Shown piece after piece: positions 1 through 9,196 of a DNA stretch of 64,000 bases. The stretch lies in the IMG/VR virus record IMGVR_UViG_3300025133_000042, positions 40,858 to 104,857 of that record. One strand, given 5' to 3'. This DNA comes from a virus. Position numbers and translations under genes: made by a program. Under the pieces are notes generated by a model. It searched no databases, was not told the origin of the DNA, and was given only the letters and a program-made list of their open reading frames with translations. Within the stretch, counting starts at the first letter, position 1, and the number at the start of each line of letters is the position of its first letter.

Positions 1-218
1 AAGCCAAGAAACCTAGTGTACCATAACTCGCCTGATTCAGCCATTAATAATCTTGTGCCATAAGCAAAACAAATTCCAGTCGGTGTTGCCAACAGTGCAA
101 CTGAAAATAATAAATTATTTCTTGGCCAAGGCCAGACAAACTGAGAATTGACTTGATACCAAGCCAATACATGGCCCAGCGAATAAAGCACCAAGGCTAG
201 AAATATTCTTTGGCTCAT
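1..218 (-). CDS. Small membrane protein, runs off the window edge (partial)
   Basis: Hand translation from ATG at 218: MSQRIFLALVLYSLGHVLAWYQVNSQFVWPWPRNNLLFSVALLATPTGICFAYGTR... open to position 1; hydrophobic; abuts stop of the upstream ORF. Confidence 0.65.
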   Translation of the reverse strand, partial: MSQRIFLALVLYSLGHVLAWYQVNSQFVWPWPRNNLLFSVALLATPTGICFAYGTRLLMAESGELWYTRFLG

Positions 219-581
219 TTAATTTAATTTTGCTGATATCGATAGATTGCGCAATTGACTTTCGCAATATACCTGAGAAAGCGCTATTGTCTCTAAAAGA
301 TACATATCTTCTTCTACTATCATGATTTTTTCAGGATTATCTTCCACGAAAACTGGCTCTTCCATGGCCTCGTCGGCGAGGGCCATCATTTGGCAAGAAA
401 GAGTCAGCCCTTGGCACAACAAAGAAAGAACGGGCATGGACTGAAGTCGTGGATCCTTAGCCAAATAACCTTCTATAAGATCCGCATATATCGCAGCCTT
501 TTCTTCAGATTCCATTGCAAAATCTTCCAAAGATGACAACTGCATTGCATATGCCATTTTAGGCTTGCCTTCTTTACTCAT
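219..581 (-). CDS. Hypothetical protein
   Basis: 120-aa ORF overlapping the end of the glutaredoxin gene. Confidence 0.65.
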   Translation of the reverse strand: MSKEGKPKMAYAMQLSSLEDFAMESEEKAAIYADLIEGYLAKDPRLQSMPVLSLLCQGLTLSCQMMALADEAMEEPVFVEDNPEKIMIVEEDMYLLETIALSQVYCESQLRNLSISAKLN

Positions 582-840
582 CGGACAACATATTTTTTAA
601 ATCTGTATATCCGCCTATGAACTTAGTCGTATCGATAGGGTTATCGCTGTCACACTGGAAGACCATTGGCACTGTCTCGTGGGACCAAGCAGACTTCATC
701 TCCTTCAAAACTCCAGGTGAATCGTCAAGCGAGATAGTATAGAACTCCTTTTCATAAATAGAAAGGAGTTCTCTTGCCTTAATACAAAAAGGGCATTTTT
801 CTTTTATATAGAGAATGTATTTTTTATCTTGCTCTTCCAT
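574..840 (-). CDS. Glutaredoxin
   Basis: CPFC active site, TVP cis-Pro motif, IGGYTDL; likely start MEEQDKK at 840. Confidence 0.9.
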   Translation of the reverse strand: MEEQDKKYILYIKEKCPFCIKARELLSIYEKEFYTISLDDSPGVLKEMKSAWSHETVPMVFQCDSDNPIDTTKFIGGYTDLKNMLSDE

Positions 841-841
841 G

Positions 842-1153
842 CTACTTCTCTTGTAGCCTCCTAGCAACCTGCTCAGTGGTGGCCACGATTGTCATGCTTG
901 TCGACGGGCCGTGCTTAAAAAACACTCTTGTGTAGGACGCGTCCTTATTTAAATCTAGTTGGGAGCAAATATTTTCTCTGTTTGTTTCTGCCTTCTCGTC
1001 AATACAAAAATGACTAATATTTGTTGAATCTACAAAAACTTCGCGAAGGGTCCAGCCATAAATTAGTTTGCCCTTTTGTCCAGTGTTGGAATTGACCACA
1101 TTTGGATCATAGTACCCTGAATCCTCTTTAATTTCAATAAACTTAACAATCAT
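842..1153 (-). CDS. Hypothetical protein
   Basis: 103-aa ORF in tightly packed operon, GGAG upstream. Confidence 0.65.
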   Translation of the reverse strand: MIVKFIEIKEDSGYYDPNVVNSNTGQKGKLIYGWTLREVFVDSTNISHFCIDEKAETNRENICSQLDLNKDASYTRVFFKHGPSTSMTIVATTEQVARRLQEK

Positions 1154-1156
1154 TTT

Positions 1157-1381
1157 CTAAAACTCCTTTTTAATATATTTGTTCATTACCCACGCGTGGG
1201 CGCCATTATAGATAATGGTAGTCACGCCGGATTCCATCCACGCTCTCGCAGGGCCTTCTCTCTGCTCGCAAACAACATAGTATCCCGGCTTATCGGGGTA
1301 AAGCACTTCCCAGCTTAAACCATCGTTACTAAGGATGGGGGCGTTCGACGGAACGTACACCAAATCACCGGGTTTGCTCAT
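1157..1381 (-). CDS. Hypothetical protein
   Basis: Likely start MSKPGDLVYV at 1381 with GGAGG upstream. Confidence 0.6.
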   Translation of the reverse strand: MSKPGDLVYVPSNAPILSNDGLSWEVLYPDKPGYYVVCEQREGPARAWMESGVTTIIYNGAHAWVMNKYIKKEF

Positions 1382-1700
1382 CTTCGGCCTCCTGCGAGGG
1401 CGCCTGCAGGTCATCAGCAGGGGCGCCTTGTTGGGCTTCAGACGCGTGCTGATAGAGCTTGTCAATCACGCTGGAGATTTGTTCCATGGACTGATCAACG
1501 GCATACAGTTCTCTTCTTAGAGCGTGGATATTGTCTTTTATGTTGAGCAGGTTCACTACGCGTAGTTGAAAGCAGTTTGATAAGTTATTCGAAGACTCTA
1601 GAGCTGCGGACAACATCTTCAGCGCATGATCTACTTGCTCTCCAATATCCTCTCTTATCTCGTCATATGTATATTCTTTTGTTAATTTCATAATTTCCAT
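1365..1700 (-). CDS. Hypothetical coiled-coil protein
   Basis: 111-aa helical ORF directly after groEL. Confidence 0.65.
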   Translation of the reverse strand: MEIMKLTKEYTYDEIREDIGEQVDHALKMLSAALESSNNLSNCFQLRVVNLLNIKDNIHALRRELYAVDQSMEQISSVIDKLYQHASEAQQGAPADDLQAPSQEAEDEQTR

Positions 1701-1703
1701 TTA

Positions 1704-3269
1704 TTATTCCTCTATCACTGCAGCTGCAGTAGTTATCAGAGTCGAAGAAACGCTAACAGCGTTAGCCAAAGCATTTCTTGTCACCTTCACAGGATCAATG
1801 ATTCCAGCATCATACATGTTAACTAGGTCGTTTCTAGCGAAATCCCACCCAACGTCTAAGTCTGTAGAATCAAGCTTGTTGAGGATGACCTCGTAGCTAA
1901 GATTTGCATTATTTGACATCTGCTTAAGAGGCGCGATGAGGCCATTTCTGACGATTAAAGCGCCCGTCAGGCGGTCACCGGACAGATCGTCTGTGGCAAA
2001 GTGCCGGCAGCGCAAGAGCGCGACGCCTCCGCCGGGGACGACGCCTTCTTCCTGCGCGGCTGTGACGGCTTCGAGAGCGTCCTCAATCCTATGTTTTTTC
2101 TCTACCATTTCAACATCTGTTGAAGCGCCGACTTTAATAACAGCGACTCCAGAAGCTAATCTGGTGATTCTTTGTTGCGTCCTTTCACACTCAACAATAT
2201 CGTCAATCTGTCTAACCAGCTCTTTGAGCATTTCAATTCTTTCTTGAATCACGTCGTTGTTGCCCAAGCCGCCGACAAAAGTAGTTTTGTTCTTTAGAAT
2301 TTCAACGCTCTTACATGTTCCCAGGTCAGACATTTGCACATCTGCCAAGAGTTTGTCTTTCTTCGCGGAGACAAAAGTAGCGCCAATAGACAGTGCCAAG
2401 TCTTCCAAGGCTTCAGTTCTCTGCTCTCCGTAGCCGGGAGCTTTTACTGCAGCGACACGCATGGAGCCACGGACGGTATTCATGATAAGCGCTGCGAGAG
2501 CCTGGCCCTCAATTTGCTCGGCAACAACAACGAAGGGCCGGCCGTCGCGGGCGGCTAATTCCAGCACTGGGAGGATTTGAGCCACTTGGTCTATCTTATG
2601 ATCTGTGACCAGGACCAAGCACTCGTCGTACTCAACGGCCGCTCGTCGTTGGTTTGTAATAAAAGAAGTAGAAAAGTATCCAGAATCAAACTGAAATCCC
2701 TCGATAACATCAAGGGAGGTGTCAAGCGATTTGGCTTCTTCAACTGCGATGGCTCCGTTGTTACCAACCATCTCTACAGCCTCGGCAATGAGCCGGCCAA
2801 TAGTTTCGTCGCCATTTGCTGAAATAGTCGCGACGCTCTCAATCTCCTCCAGAGACTCAACATGCCGGGCCATTCCTTTGAGTTCTTCGAGGACGCGGCG
2901 TAGAGCCATATCCATGCCGCGCTTAAGTTCGACAGTACTCGCGCCCGCAAGAATATATTTCTGTGCTTCGTTGAGAAGCTCGCGGGCCAGGACGGTCGAA
3001 GTAGTAGTGCCGTCTCCAGCATTGGTGTTTGTCTGTGACGAAGCCTGCTTTAAAATCTGTGCTCCAGTATTTTCAATCGGGTCATCCAAATCGACAAACC
3101 TAGAGACTGTCACACCATCTTTGGTAATAATGGGCATGCCATCTTTTTGTTTTAAAATGACGTTGTTCCCGCGAGGACCCAGCGTGCACGCAACCAAATC
3201 AGCCAGCTTATTCGCGCCGGCTAATACTCTAGAATTAAGCTCCTGGCCGGAGCTACATATCTTTGACAT
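1704..3269 (-). CDS. groL: Chaperonin GroEL (phage-encoded)
   Basis: TLGPRG, TKDGVTV, AGDGTTT, KAPGYG, RIEDAL, GVVPGGG, GIIDP; no GGM tail. Confidence 0.97.
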   Translation of the reverse strand: MSKICSSGQELNSRVLAGANKLADLVACTLGPRGNNVILKQKDGMPIITKDGVTVSRFVDLDDPIENTGAQILKQASSQTNTNAGDGTTTSTVLARELLNEAQKYILAGASTVELKRGMDMALRRVLEELKGMARHVESLEEIESVATISANGDETIGRLIAEAVEMVGNNGAIAVEEAKSLDTSLDVIEGFQFDSGYFSTSFITNQRRAAVEYDECLVLVTDHKIDQVAQILPVLELAARDGRPFVVVAEQIEGQALAALIMNTVRGSMRVAAVKAPGYGEQRTEALEDLALSIGATFVSAKKDKLLADVQMSDLGTCKSVEILKNKTTFVGGLGNNDVIQERIEMLKELVRQIDDIVECERTQQRITRLASGVAVIKVGASTDVEMVEKKHRIEDALEAVTAAQEEGVVPGGGVALLRCRHFATDDLSGDRLTGALIVRNGLIAPLKQMSNNANLSYEVILNKLDSTDLDVGWDFARNDLVNMYDAGIIDPVKVTRNALANAVSVSSTLITTAAAVIEE

Positions 3270-3286
3270 AGAAACCTCTCTAATAT

Positions 3287-3314
3287 AGAATAATCACATT
3301 ATATATCAAGTCAA
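3287..3314 (-). promoter_or_regulatory. sigma70-like promoter upstream of groEL
   Basis: TTGACT-N16-TATTCT with AATGTG just before the -10. Confidence 0.6.
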
Positions 3315-3322
3315 TACTATAT

Positions 3323-4732
3323 TTAACTTTGATCCGAATATCTTGGATCTTTTTCGAGCACGTCAGTAATCTTTTCACTACTCTCTAGAGCTGTGACTGC
3401 TGATGCTTGTGCCTTTGCTCTTCGCTTTTCTCTGTAATAAGATCCAATATTATCAGCTAAGTTTTTTGTTTCAGTCAACAAAGTCATGACGTCGCCTTTG
3501 AGCTTTTCGGTATAGATTTCAGCTAGTTGGTCAATTCTATCTTGTGAGAGTTCAAGCGATCCGAAAGTGTGAAGGCCAATTTCAGCATGCAAGTCTTTAA
3601 TCTGCTTCCACGTGGCTTTCCACTGCGTCCCGGCGTCTTTGCCTTCTACTAAAAGCTCTTCTTTCATGAGTCTTTTTTCTCTGGCGTGGAAACTCTCTGC
3701 CATTTCGTTCTCGCGGTCCATAAACGCCGCCATGTCTCTCTCGCCTCCCGCTTTTTTCCTATCGAGTTCCGTGCGCTTCTTGAGGGCTTTCTTTTCCGCT
3801 GCAGCGATTTCTTCCGGGGTCCTAAACTGCTCAGCTTCTTTTGGGTTGTAGCCGCCAGCTTTCAAGAAAGCAGGAATCATTCCTCTTCCATAGCCAGGAG
3901 TCTGCATTATGGCGGCACCTGCTCGCATTCTATTTTCTTTAGAACCGTCAGCGGCCATGGCAGCAAAAGAGTTTTCAAGCTCTGTAGTGCGCATGCGACC
4001 TAGCAGCCCTTCACCACCGCCGACGCCTTCAATAAACGTCAAAAAGTTAGATCTATTGATTTCAAACTCCCAAAGCTGAAGCTGGTCTACGTTCTCACTT
4101 GGAGTGTACTTGAATGCAATTAGATACTTAATCATTGGTTCGCCGCGAACAATAAGATAATCGACTAAGTTTGTATAGCTTCCTTTGGTAACTCCCTGAA
4201 GGGTTAGCAGCTTCAGACTAACCGGAACTCCGCCACCGTAGTCCGAGAAGGCGACAAAATCTTCGATTGGAAGAGTGCCGCCGACCTTGCCAGCTATTTG
4301 CTTGCCACCTGTTAAGGCGGCCATGAAGCCCTCAAACACAAAGCCTGCGGCAGACTCGTTAAAATCGTTTAATGTTGCCTGCAGGGCCTCGATGACCAAC
4401 ATCATGTTAATGATCACGCCAGGAGATCGTTTTCTGGCTGCGGCCTTAGGGTCGAGAAACTTATTAAGGTCTAGTAGCTTCGCCTTGATGTCTCTACCAC
4501 CACGAACAACAGAAAATATTTTCATTATCTGTTCTCTATCTTGAGAGTTGGGATCTCCCCAGGCCTCAGAAGGAGTCCAGGAAGGAAGATCAACGTGCAT
4601 ACTGAATCGTCCGCCAGTGGATTCTTTGGCCTCTGTTAATAAGCCAGCGCCCGACAGCTCGGCTTCAACCAGCTTAGCCAAGTCATTTAAATTAAACTTC
4701 TCTGCATAAAAATCTTCAACGTACTTTTCCAT
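3323..4732 (-). CDS. Hypothetical protein, possible PD-(D/E)xK nuclease fold; candidate head-internal protein
   Basis: GFVFE...PIEDF...VSLK spacing; N-terminal LLTE; late-type motif upstream; GAGGAG SD before ATG at 4732. Confidence 0.55.
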   Translation of the reverse strand: MEKYVEDFYAEKFNLNDLAKLVEAELSGAGLLTEAKESTGGRFSMHVDLPSWTPSEAWGDPNSQDREQIMKIFSVVRGGRDIKAKLLDLNKFLDPKAAARKRSPGVIINMMLVIEALQATLNDFNESAAGFVFEGFMAALTGGKQIAGKVGGTLPIEDFVAFSDYGGGVPVSLKLLTLQGVTKGSYTNLVDYLIVRGEPMIKYLIAFKYTPSENVDQLQLWEFEINRSNFLTFIEGVGGGEGLLGRMRTTELENSFAAMAADGSKENRMRAGAAIMQTPGYGRGMIPAFLKAGGYNPKEAEQFRTPEEIAAAEKKALKKRTELDRKKAGGERDMAAFMDRENEMAESFHAREKRLMKEELLVEGKDAGTQWKATWKQIKDLHAEIGLHTFGSLELSQDRIDQLAEIYTEKLKGDVMTLLTETKNLADNIGSYYREKRRAKAQASAVTALESSEKITDVLEKDPRYSDQS

Positions 4733-4774
4733 GATGTAACTCCTCAACTTATAAATAGATTCAAGCTGCTAGAA

Positions 4775-5455
4775 TCAGACGATAATATCTGCGATTCCCA
4801 AATCAACTGCTTGCTGGGCGTCGAGATATACATTTGTCTTCTTGGCCATCAACTTTTTGATGTAGGCAGGAGTCATGTCTGTCTCGGCGGCGAGGGCGAG
4901 GGCATATTGTTTCTGTGTGAACTTCGTCTCAGCAAACTCGTTCTCCATATCAGCAATATGCCCGCTGTGGCCTGAGTTGACTCCATGAATCATGACGCGG
5001 CAATGCTTGCCAATCTTCCTCTGTCCTTTCGTGCCTGCAGCAAGAAGAAGCACGCCGGCGGACATGACCTTGCCAATGCCACAAGTAACGACTGGGATTG
5101 TTTCTCTCACGTATCTTATCACGTCGTATACTGAAAACATCTCCGAGGCTTGTCCGCCATAGGTACTAACATAAAACTCAATGGGGCCAGGCTCTTCTTC
5201 AGCTGGGTCTTGCATGATGTCCTTCTGAAAGAGGAGGAGGCTAAAAACAGCTTCCTGGGCCTTGATTTCGTTGACATCTCCATAAATACCCGTCATATGC
5301 ACTGGCCTCGGAGCCGCGGCTAGCATATCCATGATCATGCCCTTGTCTTCTTCGGGTGGATTTTCAGCGGTATCCGGGACGTGCGGGCCAGGGTCCGAGT
5401 CCGAGTCCGAGTCCTTGGTGCCTCGACGGCTGGGCTTGGTTGTCTTGGTAATCAT
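4775..5455 (-). CDS. clpP: ClpP-family protease subunit
   Basis: YVSTYGG, GKVMSAG (Ser), VMIH (His), YLDAQQAVDLGIADII. Confidence 0.9.
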   Translation of the reverse strand: MITKTTKPSRRGTKDSDSDSDPGPHVPDTAENPPEEDKGMIMDMLAAAPRPVHMTGIYGDVNEIKAQEAVFSLLLFQKDIMQDPAEEEPGPIEFYVSTYGGQASEMFSVYDVIRYVRETIPVVTCGIGKVMSAGVLLLAAGTKGQRKIGKHCRVMIHGVNSGHSGHIADMENEFAETKFTQKQYALALAAETDMTPAYIKKLMAKKTNVYLDAQQAVDLGIADIIV

Positions 5456-5823
5456 TTCATCTCCTCGTCTATGATTCTCATTGCGCTATTCCAATCTTTA
5501 AATTTCAGATTTCTCATTATGTGTTTGGGCAGTGCAGCTAATAACGAATTAATCGCTATTATTCTCCATAACTTAGACATCTCCTCGTCTTGATTCTTTA
5601 TGGAATCTAGTTCTAATATAGGCATGCCCGACTCTTCTAACAAGGTGTATTTTATATTTTCCGACATTTTCTTAGTTTCGTCGGCAATTCTCATAGCTCC
5701 TATGCAATTTTTAATTGTTGTGTTATAAACTTCAATTGATTTGCCTACGTCAAAAAGCCCAGACAAAAACTTATAACTAATTACACCAGCCAAAAAATAG
5801 AATAAGGCCTCGTATTGCTCCAT
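5452..5823 (-). CDS. Hypothetical protein with N-terminal TM helix
   Basis: Hydrophobic N-terminus; ATGA overlap with clpP. Confidence 0.7.
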   Translation of the reverse strand: MEQYEALFYFLAGVISYKFLSGLFDVGKSIEVYNTTIKNCIGAMRIADETKKMSENIKYTLLEESGMPILELDSIKNQDEEMSKLWRIIAINSLLAALPKHIMRNLKFKDWNSAMRIIDEEMK

Positions 5824-5833
5824 AAAACACCAT

Positions 5834-5864
5834 AAAAAAAGGCAGGGGGATACCCTGCCTTTTT
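5834..5864. terminator. Rho-independent terminator (bidirectional form)
   Basis: A7-GGCAGGG-GGATA-CCCTGCC-T5. Confidence 0.8.
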
Positions 5865-5886
5865 AGTTAAAAATCTCTTTTTATTC

Positions 5887-6420
5887 TTACTGCCCTGCCA
5901 AAATTCTTTTTGCGACGCGGCGGGCGACCATGTTGACCACCTCGTCGAGAGTCTCCTCTGACTCTTCCAAGTTATTTTCCTTCTCTTCAAGAGTCTCCTC
6001 TGACTCTTCCAAGTTATTTTCCTTCTCTTCGAGCGGGTGCTTGGACTGCTCCATCATCTCCTCCTCAGGCTCAGGAGGAGGGCCTTCTTCCTCAGGAACA
6101 GGGACTTCTTCTTCGGCGGGGCCGGCGTCATCTTCGACTTCAATGTCGGCGCCGGTGTGCTGCTCAATAACAGCTGCCAGATCCCGGACCAAAGCCTCGA
6201 CATCGACGGAGCCGTCTGCTGGTGCCTCCATCTCATCTTCGGGTCCGGGGGAGAGGTCGACCGGCGCTTCTTCGGGCTCGGGGCCCATGTCCAGCTCATC
6301 GTCCTCAGACACGTACTCCTCTGTTAAGCGAGTAACAAAGCCATCAGCCAGCTTATTCATGTTGGCATATTTCATCATATTGCGAATTTCATTTTCTGTA
6401 AGAAGGTTTTTCATAAACAC
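5887..6420 (-). CDS. Highly acidic protein, probable prohead core/internal protein
   Basis: E/D/P-rich, LLTE/LTE motifs, C-terminal VARRVAKRIL, late motif at 6441-6448. Confidence 0.7.
   Translation of the reverse strand: MFMKNLLTENEIRNMMKYANMNKLADGFVTRLTEEYVSEDDELDMGPEPEEAPVDLSPGPEDEMEAPADGSVDVEALVRDLAAVIEQHTGADIEVEDDAGPAEEEVPVPEEEGPPPEPEEEMMEQSKHPLEEKENNLEESEETLEEKENNLEESEETLDEVVNMVARRVAKRILAGQ
5948..6030. repeat. 42-bp tandem duplication (EEKENNLEESEETL x2)
   Basis: Two essentially identical adjacent units. Confidence 0.9.
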
Positions 6421-6473
6421 AGTACTCCTAGCGTCTTTTATAAATAGTAGTTAAGTTTTTATAAAGCAAATTT

Positions 6474-6707
6474 TTAATCACGGTCAAAATGCTTCTTTAT
6501 TTTGTGCAAGATCTTGTCTTCTAGCTGCTTTATTCTAACATAGCTCAAGCCCAAGCGATCTCCGATTTCGCGAAGAGTCATTGGCCCGTTGATGTTAACA
6601 CTTTCAAGCGTACAGTTTAAATCTTTACTATAGCTTATCCAGTATCTGCATTCTTCTACCGGGCATTCTACGTTTAATCTTTTGCATGTTTCTAGGCACT
6701 TTCTCAT
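6474..6707 (-). CDS. Small protein with sigma-70 region 4 HTH and Cys-rich N-terminus
   Basis: MTLREIGDRLGLSYVRIKQLEDKILHKI; five Cys in the N-terminal half. Confidence 0.8.
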   Translation of the reverse strand: MRKCLETCKRLNVECPVEECRYWISYSKDLNCTLESVNINGPMTLREIGDRLGLSYVRIKQLEDKILHKIKKHFDRD

Positions 6708-7057
6708 AATTCGGGGTGCTCCATTTCAATTATATCAAAAATATCATCTAGCTCGTCCTTGTCCAAGCCAAAATTAAGTGAGGCTTCTGTTGACGCGGCG
6801 TGCATCTTCTTTATATATTCTCTCTTGGGCTTGCCCTGTATCACGTGCAGCTCTTTGAAATTCTCTATAAAAGACAAGATATTTGAATCACTTTCTAGAT
6901 ATCCTGTAATCATCATTCTAAAGAACTGAGATTGGCTTAAGTTGTCGTACTGACATCTTATTCGCAGCTGCGCTTGGCGGTCTTCCGAATCATAAAACAT
7001 GAACTTCTTTCTGGTTTTTGGATCGGGCCTTGTGGGATCTTTCAACCGTTCCTCCAA
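6704..7057 (-). CDS. Hypothetical protein, possibly ribbon-helix-helix DNA-binding
   Basis: KKFMFY...LSQSQFFRMMITGYL; coupled to the sigma-r4 gene. Confidence 0.6.
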   Translation of the reverse strand: MEERLKDPTRPDPKTRKKFMFYDSEDRQAQLRIRCQYDNLSQSQFFRMMITGYLESDSNILSFIENFKELHVIQGKPKREYIKKMHAASTEASLNFGLDKDELDDIFDIIEMEHPEL

Positions 7058-8064
7058 AGAATGTGCGTGTTACTTTCTAATTGTGCTGCGCTTGACTGTA
7101 AGATGAAATGTCTCTTACTTTGAAGTTCTTTAATGCTTCGCACGCCTGTATAAGACAAGCCGCTACGAATGCCACCATCGATATCTTTAAGGATATCATC
7201 AACGGACCCCTTATAAGGCACCATAGTTGCGACGCCTTCTGGAGTGGAGCTTTTCCCCCTCCAATCTCGTTGGGCCTCCTTCGACGCCATGCCTCTGTAT
7301 TCCTTGTACTTTTCGCCCTTCGCACCCACTAGGACCTCGCCGGGTGTTTCGTCCGTGCCTGAAAGCATTGAGCCGATCATTATAAAATCAGCGCCTGCTG
7401 CTAGGGCCTTCACCATGTCACCTGTTGTTTTAATGCCGCCATCAGCAATGATTTTGGTATCATAACTAGTCTTCGAGCACTCCAAAACACTTTGAAACGT
7501 GGGTACCCCGTGGCCGGTCACGATTCTCGTAGAACAAATAGAGCCGCCGCCGATGCCGACGCGGATTGAGTCCGCGCCCCACTCTGACAGAGTCTCGAAG
7601 GCCTCAAGTGTCGCGACATTCCCAGCCATAACATGGACAGCCTCCCCAAACAAATCTTTAAGTTTCTTAAGACAGCCTTCCATCATCTTGTGGTGGCCGT
7701 GGGCAACATCGACACAAAGAATACTTGCGCCGGCAGAATAAAGAGCAACAGCGCGGTCCTGATAGTCTCCTGACATTCCGATGGCTGCAGCAATCTTTTC
7801 TTGACGCGATACATCTTTGATATACGACACCATCTCCACTTGCTCAGGAATGGTGTTGTATCTGTGTATTATCGCTAGGCCGCTGTTCTTATCCATCGCC
7901 AGGGCCATCATCGTTCCTGAGACAGTGTCCATGGGCGAAGCAATCACCGGAAGTCTAAAATTGTGTTTACCCAACTGGGAGCTGGTATTCACCTCGCGCC
8001 TGGACTTAATATCACTCAGCTGCGGGACCAGCAGTATATCATCAAACGAATATGTTTGTTTCAC
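7042..8064 (-). CDS. IMP dehydrogenase/GMP reductase family protein without CBS domains
   Basis: [43 protein letters not shown]; likely GTG start at 8064. Confidence 0.93.
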   Translation of the reverse strand: MKQTYSFDDILLVPQLSDIKSRREVNTSSQLGKHNFRLPVIASPMDTVSGTMMALAMDKNSGLAIIHRYNTIPEQVEMVSYIKDVSRQEKIAAAIGMSGDYQDRAVALYSAGASILCVDVAHGHHKMMEGCLKKLKDLFGEAVHVMAGNVATLEAFETLSEWGADSIRVGIGGGSICSTRIVTGHGVPTFQSVLECSKTSYDTKIIADGGIKTTGDMVKALAAGADFIMIGSMLSGTDETPGEVLVGAKGEKYKEYRGMASKEAQRDWRGKSSTPEGVATMVPYKGSVDDILKDIDGGIRSGLSYTGVRSIKELQSKRHFILQSSAAQLESNTHILWRNG

Positions 8065-8408
8065 TTTAAAGTCTCCAAATATCTCTGCAAGTACCAAATC
8101 GCCTTTTCTATATCTTTTTTCGGCTCGCCCTTCATGTTGTGCCGTGCGACGTATTTAATCACGTTGCCGCAATGAAAGCCTAGGCCCCAATCTTCAATAA
8201 TATCAATAACTTCGTGCTGGCCTTGGTTGTAGTGTTTTGGGTGGTCAACTTTCGAAGCGGGCGCAGGGGCCGGATCTCTAAACTGCAAGTCCTTATAGGG
8301 GTCCTGGTTATATACAATGTCAGGCTCGCTAGGCATGGAGCCTTGATGGGGCCAAGGACTTTTGACCTTCTTAACTAGCTCTCTCCACTCTTCTTTGCTT
8401 ATCTTCAT
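8061..8408 (-). CDS. DUF3310 protein (T7 gp1.7-like nucleotide kinase family)
   Basis: VDHPKHY...EVIDII...GNVIKYVAR...DIEKAIWYL. Confidence 0.85.
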   Translation of the reverse strand: MKISKEEWRELVKKVKSPWPHQGSMPSEPDIVYNQDPYKDLQFRDPAPAPASKVDHPKHYNQGQHEVIDIIEDWGLGFHCGNVIKYVARHNMKGEPKKDIEKAIWYLQRYLETLK

Positions 8409-8411
8409 TTA

Positions 8412-8921
8412 TTAAAATCCGTGCCCGATGCCATCATTGAGGGGGTTCTCGCTGGCCGGCTTGATATCCGTACTTCCCAAAGCACCGTGGCCTCGGTCGC
8501 TCATAGTAATAGGATACCAATCATAAAGACCGCCATCGACGCGCTCAAGGGCTCTAAAGTGAACGACGGGGACCATAACTAGCTGTGCAATCTTATCGCC
8601 GGCGGCGATGTGTTGCACCTCAGTTCCAACATTGTGTAAGTCGATGAAGACTTCTCCATCATAGCCGCTGTCGATGATGTGGGCTCCGACAACAAGAGAG
8701 CGCTTGGCGCCCATGCTAGAACGATTACATACTTGCAACATATAGCCATGTGGAATTCCAAATGTCAATCCCGTTGATAGAAGCTGGCTTTCGCCCGGCT
8801 TAATCGTCGCCACGGAGACGTTTGGGTCTCTAGGACAATAAAAAACGTCCAGCCCAGCATCGCTGGGGTTCGAGCGCATCGGTGGCCTTGCATCAGGCCT
8901 CATTTTATATTCTAAAATCAT
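8412..8921 (-). CDS. dut: Trimeric dUTPase
   Basis: AGLD, RSS, IIDSGYDGE, DKIAQL, RGHGALGST; start MILEYK at 8921. Confidence 0.95.
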   Translation of the reverse strand: MILEYKMRPDARPPMRSNPSDAGLDVFYCPRDPNVSVATIKPGESQLLSTGLTFGIPHGYMLQVCNRSSMGAKRSLVVGAHIIDSGYDGEVFIDLHNVGTEVQHIAAGDKIAQLVMVPVVHFRALERVDGGLYDWYPITMSDRGHGALGSTDIKPASENPLNDGIGHGF

Positions 8922-9196
8922 TATAATACTCCATTTTCTTTCTCTACTTGTTCGATAATTGATTGAGCTTTGTTCCAGCAATCTGGACAATATAGTCTTA
9001 CAACTTTTTGCTCCTCTCTCACGATCACATTCCATGTCGTTACGTGCTCTTTCGATTTTTTATCAAAAGGCGCAGCACACGCTGCACATTCGTCGTCAAG
9101 CATATCAAACATCATTAGCTTCTTGGCCATTTGCTTTTCTGCTTTCTTCTGCTTTTTTAAGACGTTGCGCGCCATTTTTCTTTTTAAGCTTCCCAC
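8921..9196 (-). CDS. Small basic Zn-finger protein
   Basis: CAAC...CPDC, Lys-rich N-terminus. Confidence 0.75.
   Translation of the reverse strand: MGSLKRKMARNVLKKQKKAEKQMAKKLMMFDMLDDECAACAAPFDKKSKEHVTTWNVIVREEQKVVRLYCPDCWNKAQSIIEQVEKENGVL

Noticed and set aside
5392-5415. Short GAGTCC hexamer run in clpP
   Set aside because: Encodes a low-complexity SDSDSD linker; too short to imply a function.
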